From Antedon mediterranea (Eukaryota > Animalia > Echinodermata), in assembly GCF_964355755.1 (NCBI RefSeq), contig NC_092680.1, positions 11,160,001 to 11,224,000 on the forward strand: DNA of 64,000 nt, given 5' to 3'. Made by a program: the position numbers and the translations under genes. Below, one piece after another: positions 35,551 through 48,900 of the stretch (positions are counted from its first letter, which is position 1; every line of letters starts with the position of its first letter). The notes below the pieces were generated by a model. That model searched no databases, was not told the DNA's origin, and saw nothing but the letters and a program-made list of their open reading frames with translations.

Positions 35551-38500
35551 TTTTTTTTAAATCACAAAATGGTCTAAAACGTCTTCAAATGCGATTTGAA
35601 GCTATTCTGTACACTTTGATGTTTTGTGTGAAAAAGTTTTGTCGAAATGCTCAAAATGGTCTAAAACGTTTTTAAATACGATATTAAGCTATTTTGTGAT
35701 CTTTGATGTTTTTGTGTGAAAAGTTTTATCGAAATGCTCAAAATGGTCTAAAACGGTTTCTATTGTGATTTTAAGCACTTTGATGATTTTGTGTAACCAA
35801 GTTTCATCGAAATGTACAAAATGGTCTAAAACGTCTCCAAATGCGATTTGAAGCTATTCGAAGTACTTTTGTGTTTTTATGTTAACAAGTTTTTTCGAAA
35901 ATCACAAAATGGTCTAAAACGTCTTCAAATGCGATTTGAAGCTATTCTGTACACTTTGATGTTTTGTGTGAAAAAGTTTTGTCGAAATGCTCAAAATGGT
36001 CTAAAACGTTTTTAAATACGATATTAAGCTATTTTGTGCTCTTTGATGTTTTTGTGTAACCAAGTTTCATCGAAAATCACAAAATGGTCTAAAACGTCTT
36101 CAAATGCGATTTGAAGCTATTCTGTACACTTTGATGTTTTGTGTGAAAAAGTTTTGTCAAAATGCTCAAAATGGTCTAAAACGTTTTTAAAACGATATTA
36201 AGCTATTTTGTGCTCTTTGATGTTTTTGTGTAACCAAGTTTCATCGAAAATCACAAAATGGTCTAAAACGTCTCCAAATGCGATTTGAAGCTTTTCTAAG
36301 CACTTTGGTGTTTTTATGTTAACAAGTTTTTTCGAAAATCACGAAATGGTCTAAAATGTCTCCAAATGCGATTTGAAGATATTCTGAGCACTCAGATGTT
36401 TTTGTGTGAAAAGTTTTATCGAAATGCTCAAAATGGTCTAAAACGGTTTCTAATGCGATTTGAAGCTATTCTGTACACTTTGAAGTTTTTTGTGAAAAAG
36501 TTTTCTCGAAATGCTCAAAATGGTCTAAAACGTTTTTATATACCATATTAAGCTATTTTGTGCACTTTTATGTTTTGTGTGAAAAAGTTTTGTTGAAATT
36601 CTCAAAATGGTCTAAAACGTTTTTAAATACGATATTAAGCTGTTTTGTGCACTTTGATGATTTGTGTGAAAAGTTTTAACGAAATGCTCAAAATGGTCAA
36701 AAACGGTTTCTAATGTGATTTTAAGCACTTTGATGTTTTTGTGTAACCAAGTTTTTTCAAAAATCACAAAATGGTCTAAAACGTCTCCAAATGCGATTTG
36801 AAGCTTTTCTAAGCACTTTGGTGTTTTTATGTTAACAAGTTTTTTCGAAAATCACAAAATGGTCTAAAACGTCTCCAAATGCGATTTGAAGCTATTCTGT
36901 ACACTTTGATGTTTTGTGTGAAAAAGTTTTGTCGAAATGCTCAAAATGGTCTAAAACATTTTTAAATACGATATTAAGCTATTTTGTGATCTTTGATGTT
37001 TTTGTGTGAAAAGTTTTATCGAAATGCTCAAAATGGTCTAAAACGGTTTCTATTGTGATTTTAAGCACTTTGATGATTTTGTGTAACCAAGTTTCATCGA
37101 AATGTACAAAATGGTCTAAAACGTCTCCAAATGCGATTTGAAGCTATTCTAAGTACTTTTGTGTTTTTATGTTAACAAGTTTTTTCGAAAATCACAAAAT
37201 GGTCTAAAACGTCTTCAAATGCGATTTGAAGCTATTCTGTACACTTTGATGTTTTGTGTGAAAAAGTTTTGTCAAAATGCTCAAAATGGTCTAAAACGTT
37301 TTTAAAACGATATTAAGCTATTTTGTGCTCTTTGATGTTTTTGTGTAACCAAGTTTCATCGAAAATCACAACATGGTATAAAACGTCTCCAAATGCGATT
37401 TCAAGCTTTTCTAAGCACTTTGGTGTTTTTATGTTAACAAGTTTTTTCGAAAATCACAAAATGGTCTAAAACGTCTCCAAATGCGATTTGAAGCTTTTCT
37501 AAGCACTTTGGTGTTTTTATGTTAACAAGTTTTTTCGAAAATCTTGAAATGGTCTAAAATGTCTCCAAATGCGATTTGAAGATATTCTGAGCACTTTGGT
37601 GTTTTTATGTTAAAAAGTTTTTTCGAAAATCACAAAATGGTCTAAAACGTCTCCAAATGCGATTTGAAGCTCTTCTGTACACTTTGATGTTTTGTGTGAA
37701 AAAGATTTGTCGATATGCTCAAAATGGTCTAAAACGTTTTTAAATACGATATTAAGCTGTTTTGTGCACTTTAATGATTTGTGTGAAAAGTTTTACGAAA
37801 TGCTCAAAATGGTCTAAAACGGTTTCTAATGTGATTTTAAGCACTTTGATGTTTTTGTGTAACCAAGTTTTTTCGAAAATCACAAAATGGTCTAAAACGT
37901 CTCCAAATGCGATTTCAAGCTTTTCTAAGCACTTTGGTGTTTTTATGTTAACAAGTTTTTTCGAAAATCACAAAATGGTCTAAAACGTCTCCAAATGCGA
38001 TTTGAGGATATTCTGAGCACTTTGGTGTTTTTATGTTATAAAGTTTTTTCGAAAATCACAAAATGGTCTAAAACGTCTCCAAATGCGATTTGAAGCTATT
38101 CTGTACACTTTGATGTTTTGTGTGAAAAAGTTTTGTCGAAATGCTCAAAATGGTCTAAAACGTTTTTAAAACGATATTAAGCCATTTTGTGCTCTTTGAT
38201 GTTTTTGTGTAACCAAGTTTCATCGAAATCAACAAAATGGTCTAATACGTCTCCAAATGCGATTTGAAGTTTTTCCAAGCACTTTGCTGTTTTTATGTTA
38301 ACAAGTTTTTTCGAAAATCACAAAATGGTCTAAAACGTCTTCAAATGCGATTTGAAGCTATTCTGTACACTTTGATGTTTTGTGTGAAAAAGTTTTGTCG
38401 AAATGCTCAAAATGGTCTAAAACGTTTTTAAATACGATATAAAGCTATTTTGTGATCTTTGATGTTTTTGTGTGAAAAGTTTTATCGAAATGCTCAAAAT

Positions 38501-39540
38501 GGTCTAAAACGGTTTCTAATGCGATTTGAAGCTATTCTGTACCCTTTGAAGTTTTTTGTGAAAAAGTTTTCTCGAAATGCTCAAAATGGTCTAAAAAGTT
38601 TTTATATACCATATTAAGCTATTTTGTGCACTTTGATGTTTTTTGTGAAAAGTTTTATCGAAATGCTCAAAATGGTCTAAAACGGTTTCTATTGGGATTT
38701 TAAGCACTTTGATGATTTTGTGTAACCAAGTTTCATCGAAATGTACAAAATGGTCTAAAACGTCTCCAAATGCGATTTGAAGCTATTCTAAGTACTTTTG
38801 TGTTTTTATGTTAACAAGTTTTTTTTTAAATCACAAAATGGTCTAAAACGTCTTCAAATGCGATTTGAAGCTATTCTGTACACTTTGATGTTTTGTGTGA
38901 AAAGGTTTTGTCGAAATGCTCAAAATGGTCTAAAACGTTTTTAAATACGATATTAAGCTATTTTGTGATCTTTGATGTTTTTGTGTGAAAAGTTTTATCG
39001 AAATGCTCAAAATGGTCTAAAACGGTTTCTATTGTGATTTTAAGCACTTTGATGATTTTGTGTAACCAAGTTTCATCGAAATGTACAAAATGGTCTAAAA
39101 CGTCTCCAAATGCGATTTGAAGCTATTCTAAGTACTTTTGTGTTTTTATGTTAACAAGTTTTTTCGAAAATCACAAAATGGTCTAAAACATCTTCAAATG
39201 CGATTTGAAGCTATTCTGTACACTTTGATGTTTTGTGTGAAAAAGTTTTGTCGAAATGCTCAAAATGGTCAAAAATGGTTTCTAATGTGATTTTAAGCAC
39301 AAGCACTTTGGTGTTTTTATGTTAACAAGTTTTTTCGAAAATCACAAAATGGTCTAAAACGTCTCCAAATGCGATTTGAAGATATTCTGAGCACTTTGGT
39401 GTTTTTATGTTAAAAAGTTTTTTCGAAAATCACAAAATGGTCTAAAACGTCTCAAAATGCGATTTGAAGCTAATCTGTACACTTTGATGTTTTGTGTGAA
39501 AAAGTTTTGTCGAAATGCTCAAAATGGTCTAAAACGTTTT
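35000..39540 (+). repeat. Copy of block ~8270-12808 (offset ~26,734 bp), also repeated at +8,495 bp
   Basis: ORF-track markers 9632/36366/44861 and 11028/37762/46257. Private variants ATTCGAAGT (9122, 35857, 44351, 57579), CTCAGATG and GAAAAGGTTTT are shared. Confidence 0.85.
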
Positions 39541-39968
39541 TATATACCATATTAAGCTATTTTGTGCACTTTTATGTTTTGTGTGAAAAAGTTTTGTTGA
39601 AATTCTCAAAATGGTCTAAAACGTTTTTAAATACGATATTAAGATGTTTTGTGCACTTTGATGATTTGTGTGAAAAGTTTTAACGAAATGCTCAAAATGG
39701 TCAAAAACGGTTTCTAATGTGATTTTAAGCACTTTGATGTTTTTGTGTAACCAAGTTTTTTCAAAAATCACAAAATGGTCTAAAACGTCTCCAAATGCGA
39801 TTTGAAGCTTTTCTAAGCACTTTGGTGTTTTTATGTTAACAAGTTTTTTCGAAAATCACAAAATGGTCTAAAACGTCTCCAAATGCGATTTGAAGATATT
39901 CTGAGCACTTTGGTGTTTTTATGTTAAAAAGTTTTTTCGAAAATCACAAAATAGTCTAAAACGTCTAC

Positions 39969-42900
39969 AAATGCGATTTGAAGCTATTCTGTACACTTTG
40001 ATGTTTTGTGTGAAAAAGTTTTGTCGAAATGCTCAAAATGGTCTAAAACGTTTTTAAATACGATATAAAGCTATTTTGTGATCTTTGATGTTTTTGTGTG
40101 AAAAGTTTTATCGAAATGCTCAAAATGGTCTAAAACGTCTCCAAATGCGATTTGAAGCTCTTCTGTACACTTTGATGTTTTGTGTGAAAAAGTTTTGTCG
40201 AAATGCTCAAAATGGTCTAAAACGTTTTTAAATACGATATTAAGCTATTTTGTGATCTTTGATGTTTTTGTGTGAAAAGTTTTATCGAAATGCTCAAAAT
40301 GGTCTAAAACGGTTTCTATTGTGATTTTAAGCACTTTGATGATTTTGTGTAACCAAGTTTCATCGAAATGTACAAAATGGTCTAAAACGTCTCCAAATGC
40401 GATTTGAAGCTATTCTAAGTACTTTTGTGTTTTTATGTTAACAAGTTTTTTCGAAAATCACAAAATGGTCTAAAACGTCTTCAAATGCGATTTGAAGCTA
40501 TTCTGTACACTTTGATGTTTTGTGTGAAAAAGATTTGTCGATATGCTCAAAATGGTCTAAAACGTTTTTAAATACGATATTAAGCTGTTTTGTGCACTTT
40601 AATGATTTGTGTGAAAAGTTTTACGAAATGCTCAAAATGGTCTAAAACGGTTTCTAATGTGATTTTAAGCACTTTGATGTTTTTGTGTAACCAAGTTTTT
40701 TCGAAAATCACAAAATGGTCTAAAACGTCTCCAAATGCGATTTCAAGCTTTTCTAAGCACTTTGGTGTTTTTATGTTAACAAGTTTTTTTCGAAAATCAC
40801 AAAATGGTCTAAAACGTCTCCAAATGCGATTTGAGGATATTCTAAGCACTTTGGTGTTTTTATGTTAAAAAGTTTTTTCGAAAATCACAAAATGGTCTAA
40901 AACGTCTCCAAATGCGATTTGAAGCTATTCTGTACACTTTGATGTTTTGTGTGAAAAAGTTTTGTCGAAATGCTCAAAATGGTCTAAAACGTTTTTAAAA
41001 CGATATTAAGCTATTTTGTGCTCTTTGATGTTTTTGTGTAACCAAGTTTCATCGAAATCAACAAAATGGTCTAATACGTCTCCAAATGCGATTTCTAGTT
41101 TTTCCAAGCACTTTGCTGTTTTTATGTTAACAAGTTTTTTCGAAAATCACAAAATGGTCTAAAACGTCTTCAAATGCGATTTGAAGCTATTCTGTACACT
41201 TTGATGTTGTTGTGTGAAAAAGTTTTGTCGAAATGCTCAAAATGGTCTAAAACGTTTTTAAATACGATATAAAGCTATTTTGTGATCTTTGATGTTTTTG
41301 TGTGAAAAGTTTTATCGAAATGCTCAAAATGGTCTAAAACGGTTTCTAATGCGATTTGAAGCTATTCTGTACCCTTTGAAGTTTTTTGTGAAAAAGTTTT
41401 CTCGAAATGCTCAAAATGGTCTAAAAAGTTTTTATATACCATATTAAGCTATTTTGTGCACTTTGATGTTTTTTGTGAAAAGTTTTATCGAAATGCTCAA
41501 AATGGTCTAAAACGGTTTCTATTGGGATTTTAAGCACTTTGATGATTTTGTGTAACCAAGTTTCATCGAAATGTACAAAATGGTCTAAAACGTCTCCAAA
41601 TGCGATTTGAAGCTATTCTAAGTACTTTTGTGTTTTTATGTTAACAAGTTTTTTCGAAAATCACAAAATGGTCTAAAACGTCTTCAAATGCGATTTGAAG
41701 CTATTCTGTACACTTTTATGTTTTGTGTGAAAAAGTTTTGTCGAAATTCTCAAAATGGTCTAAAACGTTTTTAAATACGATATTAAGCTGTTTTGTGCAC
41801 TTTGATGATTTGTGTGAAAAGTTTTAACGAAATGCTCAAAATGGTCAAAAACGGTTTCTAATGTGATTTTAAGCACTTTGATGTTTTTGTGTAACCAAGT
41901 TTTTTCAAAAATCACAAAATGGTCTAAAACGTCTCCAAATGCGATTTGAAGCTTTTCTAAGCACTTTGGTGTTTTTATGTTAACAAGTTTTTTCGAAAAT
42001 CACAAAATGGTCTAAAACGTCTCCAAATGCGATTTGAAGATATTCTGAGCACTTTGGTGTTTTTATGTTAAAAAGTTTTTTCGAAAATCACAAAATAGTC
42101 TAAAACGTCTCCAAATGCGATTTGAAGCTATTCTGTACACTTTGATGTTTTGTGTGAAAAAGTTTTGTCGAAATGCTCAAAATGGTCTAAAACGTTTTTA
42201 AAACGATATTAAGCTATTTTGTGCTCTTTGATGTTTTTATGTAACCAAGTTTCATCGAAAATCACAAAATGGTCTAAAACGTCTCAAAATGCGATTTGAA
42301 GCTTTTCTAAGCACTTTGGTGTTTTTATGTTAACAAGTTTTTTCGAAAATCACGAAATGGTCTAAAATGTCTCCAAATGCGATTTGAAGATATTCTGAGC
42401 ACTTTGGTGTTTTTATGTTAAAAAGTTTTTTCGAAAATCACAAAATGGTCTAAAACGTCTCCAAATGCGATTTGAAACTCTTCTGTACACTTTGATGTTT
42501 TGTGTGAAAAAGTTTTGTCGAAATGCTCAAAATGGTCTAAAACGTTTTTAAATACGATATTAAGCTGTTTTGTGCACTTTGATGATTTGTGTGAAAAGTT
42601 TTAACGAAATGCTCAAAATGGTCTAAAACGGTTTCTAATGTGATTTTAAGCACTTTGATGTTTTTGTGTAACCAAGTTTTATCGAAAATCACAAAATAGT
42701 CTAAAACGTCTCCAAATGCGATTTGAAGCTTTTCTAAGCACTTTGGTGTTTTTATGTTAACAAGTTTTTTCGAAAATCACAAAATGGTCTAAAACGTCTC
42801 CAAATGCGATTTGAGGATATTCTGAGCACTTTGGTGTTTTTTTGTTAAAAAGTTTTTTCGAAAATCACAAAATGGTCTAAAACGTCTCCAAATGCGATTT

Positions 42901-45900
42901 GAAGCTATTCTGTACACTTTGATGTTTTGTGTGAAAAAGTTTTGTCGAAATGCTCAAAATGGTCTAAAACATTTTTAAATACGATATTAAGCTATTTTGT
43001 GATCTTTGATGTTTTTGTGTGAAAAGTTTTATCGAAATGCTCAAAATGGTCTAAAACGGTTTCTATTGTGATTTTAAGCACTTTGATGATTTTGTGTAAC
43101 CAAGTTTCATCGAAATGTACAAAATGGTCTAAAACGTCTCCAAATGCGATTTGAAGCTATTCTAAGTACTTTTGTGTTTTTATGTTAACAAGTTTTTTCG
43201 AAAATCACAAAATGGTCTAAAACGTCTTCAAATGCGATTTGAAGCTATTCTGTACACTTTGATGTTTTGTGTGAAAAAGTTTTGTCAAAATGCTCAAAAT
43301 GGTCCAAAACGTTTTTAAAACGATATTAAGCTATTTTGTGCTCTTTGATGTTTTTGTGTAACCAAGTTTCATCGAAAATCACAACATGGTCTAAAACGTC
43401 TCCAAATGCGATTTGAAGCTTTTCTAAGCACTTTGGTGTTTTTATGTTAACAAGTTTTTTCGAAAATCACAAAATGGTCTAAAACGTCTCCAAATGCGAT
43501 TTGAAGCTCTTCTGTACACTTTGATGTTTTGTTTGAAAAAGTTTTGTCGAAATTCTCAAAATGGTCTAAAACGTTTTTAAATACGATATTAAGCTGTTTT
43601 GTGCACTTTGATGATTTGTGTGAAAAGTTTTAACGAAATGCTCAAAATGGTCTAAAACGGTTTCTAATGTGATTTTAAGCACTTTGATGTTTTTGTGTAA
43701 CCAAGTTTTTTCGAAAATCACAAAATAGTCTAAAACGTCTCCAAATGCGATTTGAAGCTATTCTGTACACTTTTATGTTTTGTGTGAAAAAGTTTTGTCG
43801 AAATGCTCAAAATGGTCTAAAACGTTTTAATATACCATATTAAGCTATTTTGTGCACTTTGATGTTTTTTGTGAAAAGTTTTATCGAAATCCTCAAAATG
43901 GTCTAAAACGGTTTCTATTGTGATTTTAAGCACTTTGATGATTTTGTGTAACCAAGTTTCATCGAAATGTACAAAATGGTCTAAAACGTCTCCAAATGCG
44001 ATTTGAAGCTATTCTAAGTACTTTTGTGTTTTTATGTTAACAAGTTTTTTTTTAAATCACAAAATGGTCTAAAACGTCTTCAAATGCGATTTGAAGCTAT
44101 TCTGTACACTTTGATGTTTTGTGTGAAAAAGTTTTGTCGAAATGCTCAAAATGGTCTAAAACGTTTTTAAATACGATATTAAGCTATTTTGTGATCTTTG
44201 ATGTTTTTGTGTGAAAAGTTTTATCGAAATGCTCAAAATGGTCTAAAACGGTTTCTATTGTGATTTTAAGCACTTTGATGATTTTGTGTAACCAAGTTTC
44301 ATCGAAATGTACAAAATGGTCTAAAACGTCTCCAAATGCGATTTGAAGCTATTCGAAGTACTTTTGTGTTTTTATGTTAACAAGTTTTTTCGAAAATCAC
44401 AAAATGGTCTAAAACGTCTTCAAATGCGATTTGAAGCTATTCTGTACACTTTGATGTTTTGTGTGAAAAAGTTTTGTCGAAATGCTCAAAATGGTCTAAA
44501 ACGTTTTTAAATACGATATTAAGCTCTTTTGTGCTCTTTGATGTTTTTGTGTAACCAAGTTTCATCGAAAATCACAAAATGGTCTAAAACGTCTTCAAAT
44601 GCGATTTGAAGCTATTCTGTACACTTTGATGTTTTGTGTGAAAAAGTTTTGTCAAAATGCTCAAAATGGTCTAAAACGTTTTTAAAACGATATTAAGCTA
44701 TTTTGTGCTCTTTGATGTTTTTGTGTAACCAAGTTTCATCGAAAATCACAAAATGGTCTAAAACGTCTCCAAATGCGATTTGAAGCTTTTCTAAGCACTT
44801 TGGTGTTTTTATGTTAACAAGTTTTTTCGAAAATCACGAAATGGTCTAAAATGTCTCCAAATGCGATTTGAAGATATTCTGAGCACTCAGATGTTTTTGT
44901 GTGAAAAGTTTTATCGAAATGCTCAAAATGGTCTAAAACGGTTTCTAATGCGATTTGAAGCTATTCTGTACACTTTGAAGTTTTTTGTGAAAAAGTTTTC
45001 TCGAAATGCTCAAAATGGTCTAAAACGTTTTTATATACCATATTAAGCTATTTTGTGCACTTTTATGTTTTGTGTGAAAAAGTTTTGTTGAAATTCTCAA
45101 AATGGTCTAAAACGTTTTTAAATACGATATTAAGCTGTTTTGTGCACTTTGATGATTTGTGTGAAAAGTTTTAACGAAATGCTCAAAATGGTCAAAAACG
45201 GTTTCTAATGTGATTTTAAGCACTTTGATGTTTTTGTGTAACCAAGTTTTTTCAAAAATCACAAAATGGTCTAAAACGTCTCCAAATGCGATTTGAAGCT
45301 TTTCTAAGCACTTTGGTGTTTTTATGTTAACAAGTTTTTTCGAAAATCACAAAATGGTCTAAAACGTCTCCAAATGCGATTTGAAGCTATTCTGTACACT
45401 TTGATGTTTTGTGTGAAAAAGTTTTGTCGAAATGCTCAAAATGGTCTAAAACATTTTTAAATACGATATTAAGCTATTTTGTGATCTTTGATGTTTTTGT
45501 GTGAAAAGTTTTATCGAAATGCTCAAAATGGTCTAAAACGGTTTCTATTGTGATTTTAAGCACTTTGATGATTTTGTGTTACCAAGTTTCATCGAAATGT
45601 ACAAAATGGTCTAAAACGTCTCCAAATGCGATTTGAAGCTATTCTAAGTACTTTTGTGTTTTTATGTTAACAAGTTTTTTCGAAAATCACAAAATGGTCT
45701 AAAACGTCTTCAAATGCGATTTGAAGCTATTCTGTACACTTTGATGTTTTGTGTGAAAAAGTTTTGTCAAAATGCTCAAAATGGTCTAAAACGTTTTTAA
45801 AACGATATTAAGCTATTTTGTGCTCTTTGATGTTTTTGTGTAACCAAGTTTCATCGAAAATCACAACATGGTATAAAACGTCTCCAAATGCGATTTGAAG

Positions 45901-48900
45901 CTTTTCTAAGCACTTTGGTGTTTTTATGTTAACAAGTTTTTTCGAAAATCACAAAATGGTCTAAAACGTCTCCAAATGCGATTTGAAGCTTTTCTAAGCA
46001 CTTTGGTGTTTTTATGTTAACAAGTTTTTTCGAAAATCTTGAAATGGTCTAAAATGTCTCCAAATGCGATTTGAAGATATTCTGAGCACTTTGGTGTTTT
46101 TATGTTAAAAAGTTTTTTCGAAAATCACAAAATGGTCTAAAACGTCTCCAAATGCGATTTGAAGCTCTTCTGTACACTTTGATGTTTTGTGTGAAAAAGA
46201 TTTGTCGATATGCTCAAAATGGTCTAAAACGTTTTTAAATACGATATTAAGCTGTTTTGTGCACTTTAATGATTTGTGTGAAAAGTTTTACGAAATGCTC
46301 AAAATGGTCTAAAACGGTTTCTAATGTGATTTTAAGCACTTTGATGTTTTTGTGTAACCAAGTTTTTTCGAAAATCACAAAATGGTCTAAAACGTCTCCA
46401 AATGCGATTTCAAGCTTTTCTAAGCACTTTGGTGTTTTTATGTTAACAAGTTTTTTCGAAAATCACAAAATGGTCTAAAACGTCTCCAAATGCGATTTGA
46501 GGATATTCTGAGCACTTTGGTGTTTTTATGTTATAAAGTTTTTTCGAAAATCACAAAATGGTCTAAAACGTCTCCAAATGCGATTTGAAGCTATTCTGTA
46601 CACTTTGATGTTTTGTGTGAAAAAGTTTTGTCGAAATGCTCAAAATGGTCTAAAACGTTTTTAAAACGATATTAAGCTATTTTGTGCTCTTTGATGTTTT
46701 TGTGTAACCAAGTTTCATCGAAATCAACAAAATGGTCTAATACGTCTCCAAATGCGATTTGAAGTTTTTCCAAGCACTTTGCTGTTTTTATGTTAACAAG
46801 TTTTTTCGAAAATCACAAAATGGTCTAAAACGTCTTCAAATGCGATTTGAAGCTATTCTGTACACTTTGATGTTTTGTGTGAAAAAGTTTTGTCGAAATG
46901 CTCAAAATGGTCTAAAACGTTTTTAAATACGATATAAAGCTATTTTGTGATCTTTGATGTTTTTGTGTGAAAAGTTTTATCGAAATGCTCAAAATGGTCT
47001 AAAACGGTTTCTAATGCGATTTGAAGCTATTCTGTACCCTTTGAAGTTTTTTGTGAAAAAGTTTTCTCGAAATGCTCAAAATGGTCTAAAAAGTTTTTAT
47101 ATACCATATTAAGCTATTTTGTGCACTTTGATGTTTTTTGTGAAAAGTTTTATCGAAATGCTCAAAATGGTCTAAAACGGTTTCTATTGGGATTTTAAGC
47201 ACTTTGATGATTTTGTGTAACCAAGTTTCATCGAAATGTACAAAATGGTCTAAAACGTCTCCAAATGCGATTTGAAGCTATTCTAAGTACTTTTGTGTTT
47301 TTATGTTAACAAGTTTTTTTTTAAATCACAAAATGGTCTAAAACGTCTTCAAATGCGATTTGAAGCTATTCTGTACACTTTGATGTTTTGTGTGAAAAGG
47401 TTTTGTCGAAATGCTCAAAATGGTCTAAAACGTTTTTAAATACGATATTAAGCTATTTTGTGATCTTTGATGTTTTTGTGTGAAAAGTTTTATCGAAATG
47501 CTCAAAATGGTCTAAAACGGTTTCTATTGTGATTTTAAGCACTTTGATGATTTTGTGTAACCAAGTTTCATCGAAATGTACAAAATGGTCTAAAACGTCT
47601 CCAAATGCGATTTGAAGCTATTCTAAGTACTTTTGTGTTTTTATGTTAACAAGTTTTTTCGAAAATCACAAAATGGTCTAAAACATCTTCAAATGCGATT
47701 TGAAGCTATTCTGTACACTTTGATGTTTTGTGTGAAAAAGTTTTGTCGAAATGCTCAAAATGGTCAAAAATGGTTTCTAATGTGATTTTAAGCACAAGCA
47801 CTTTGGTGTTTTTATGTTAACAAGTTTTTTCGAAAATCACAAAATGGTCTAAAACGTCTCCAAATGCGATTTGAAGATATTCTGAGCACTTTGGTGTTTT
47901 TATGTTAAAAAGTTTTTTCGAAAATCACAAAATGGTCTAAAACGTCTCAAAATGCGATTTGAAGCTAATCTGTACACTTTGATGTTTTGTGTGAAAAAGT
48001 TTTGTCGAAATGCTCAAAATGGTCTAAAACGTTTTTAAATACGATATTAAGCTATTTTGTGCTCTTTGATGTTTTTGTGTAACCAAGTTTCATCGAAAAT
48101 CACAAAATGGTCTAAAACGTCTTCAAATGCGATTTGAAGCTATTCTGTACACTTTGATGTTTTGTGTGAAAAAGTTTTGTCAAAATGCTCAAAATGGTCT
48201 AAAACGTTTTTAAAACGATATTAAGCTATTTTGTGCTCTTTGATGTTTTTGTGTAACCAAGTTTCATCGAAAATCACAAAATGGTCTAAAACGTCTCCAA
48301 ATGCGATTTGAAGCTTTTCTAAGCACTTTGGTGTTTTTATGTTAACAAGTTTTTTCGAAAATCACGAAATGGTCTAAAATGTCTCCAAATGCGATTTGAA
48401 GATATTCTGAGCACTTAGATGTTTTTGTGTGAAAAGTTTTATCGAAATGCTCAAAATGGTCTAAAACGGTTTCTAATGCGATTTGAAGCTATTCTGTACA
48501 CTTTGAAGTTTTTTGTGAAAAAGTTTTCTCGAAATGCTCAAAATGGTCTAAAACGTTTTTATATACCATATTAAGCTATTTTGTGCACTTTTATGTTTTG
48601 TGTGAAAAAGTTTTGTCGAAATTCTCAAAATGGTCTAAAACGTTTTTAAATACGATATTAAGCTGTTTTGTGCACTTTGATGATTTGTGTGAAAAGTTTT
48701 AACGAAATGCTCAAAATGGTCAAAAACGGTTTCTAATGTGATTTTAAGCACTTTGATGTTTTTGTGTAACCAAGTTTTTTCAAAAATCACAAAATGGTCT
48801 AAAACGTCTCCAAATGCGATTTGAAGCTTTTCTAAGCACTTTGGTGTTTTTATGTTTACAAGTTTTTTCGAAAATCACAAAATGGTCTAAAACGTCTCCA

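Noticed and set aside
27611-40849. Minus-strand ORFs (27611-27811, 40580-40849) and plus-strand ORF 39492-39683
   Set aside because: Single-copy openings caused by point variants in the satellite. The peptides are internally repetitive at monomer period, with no sign of coding constraint.
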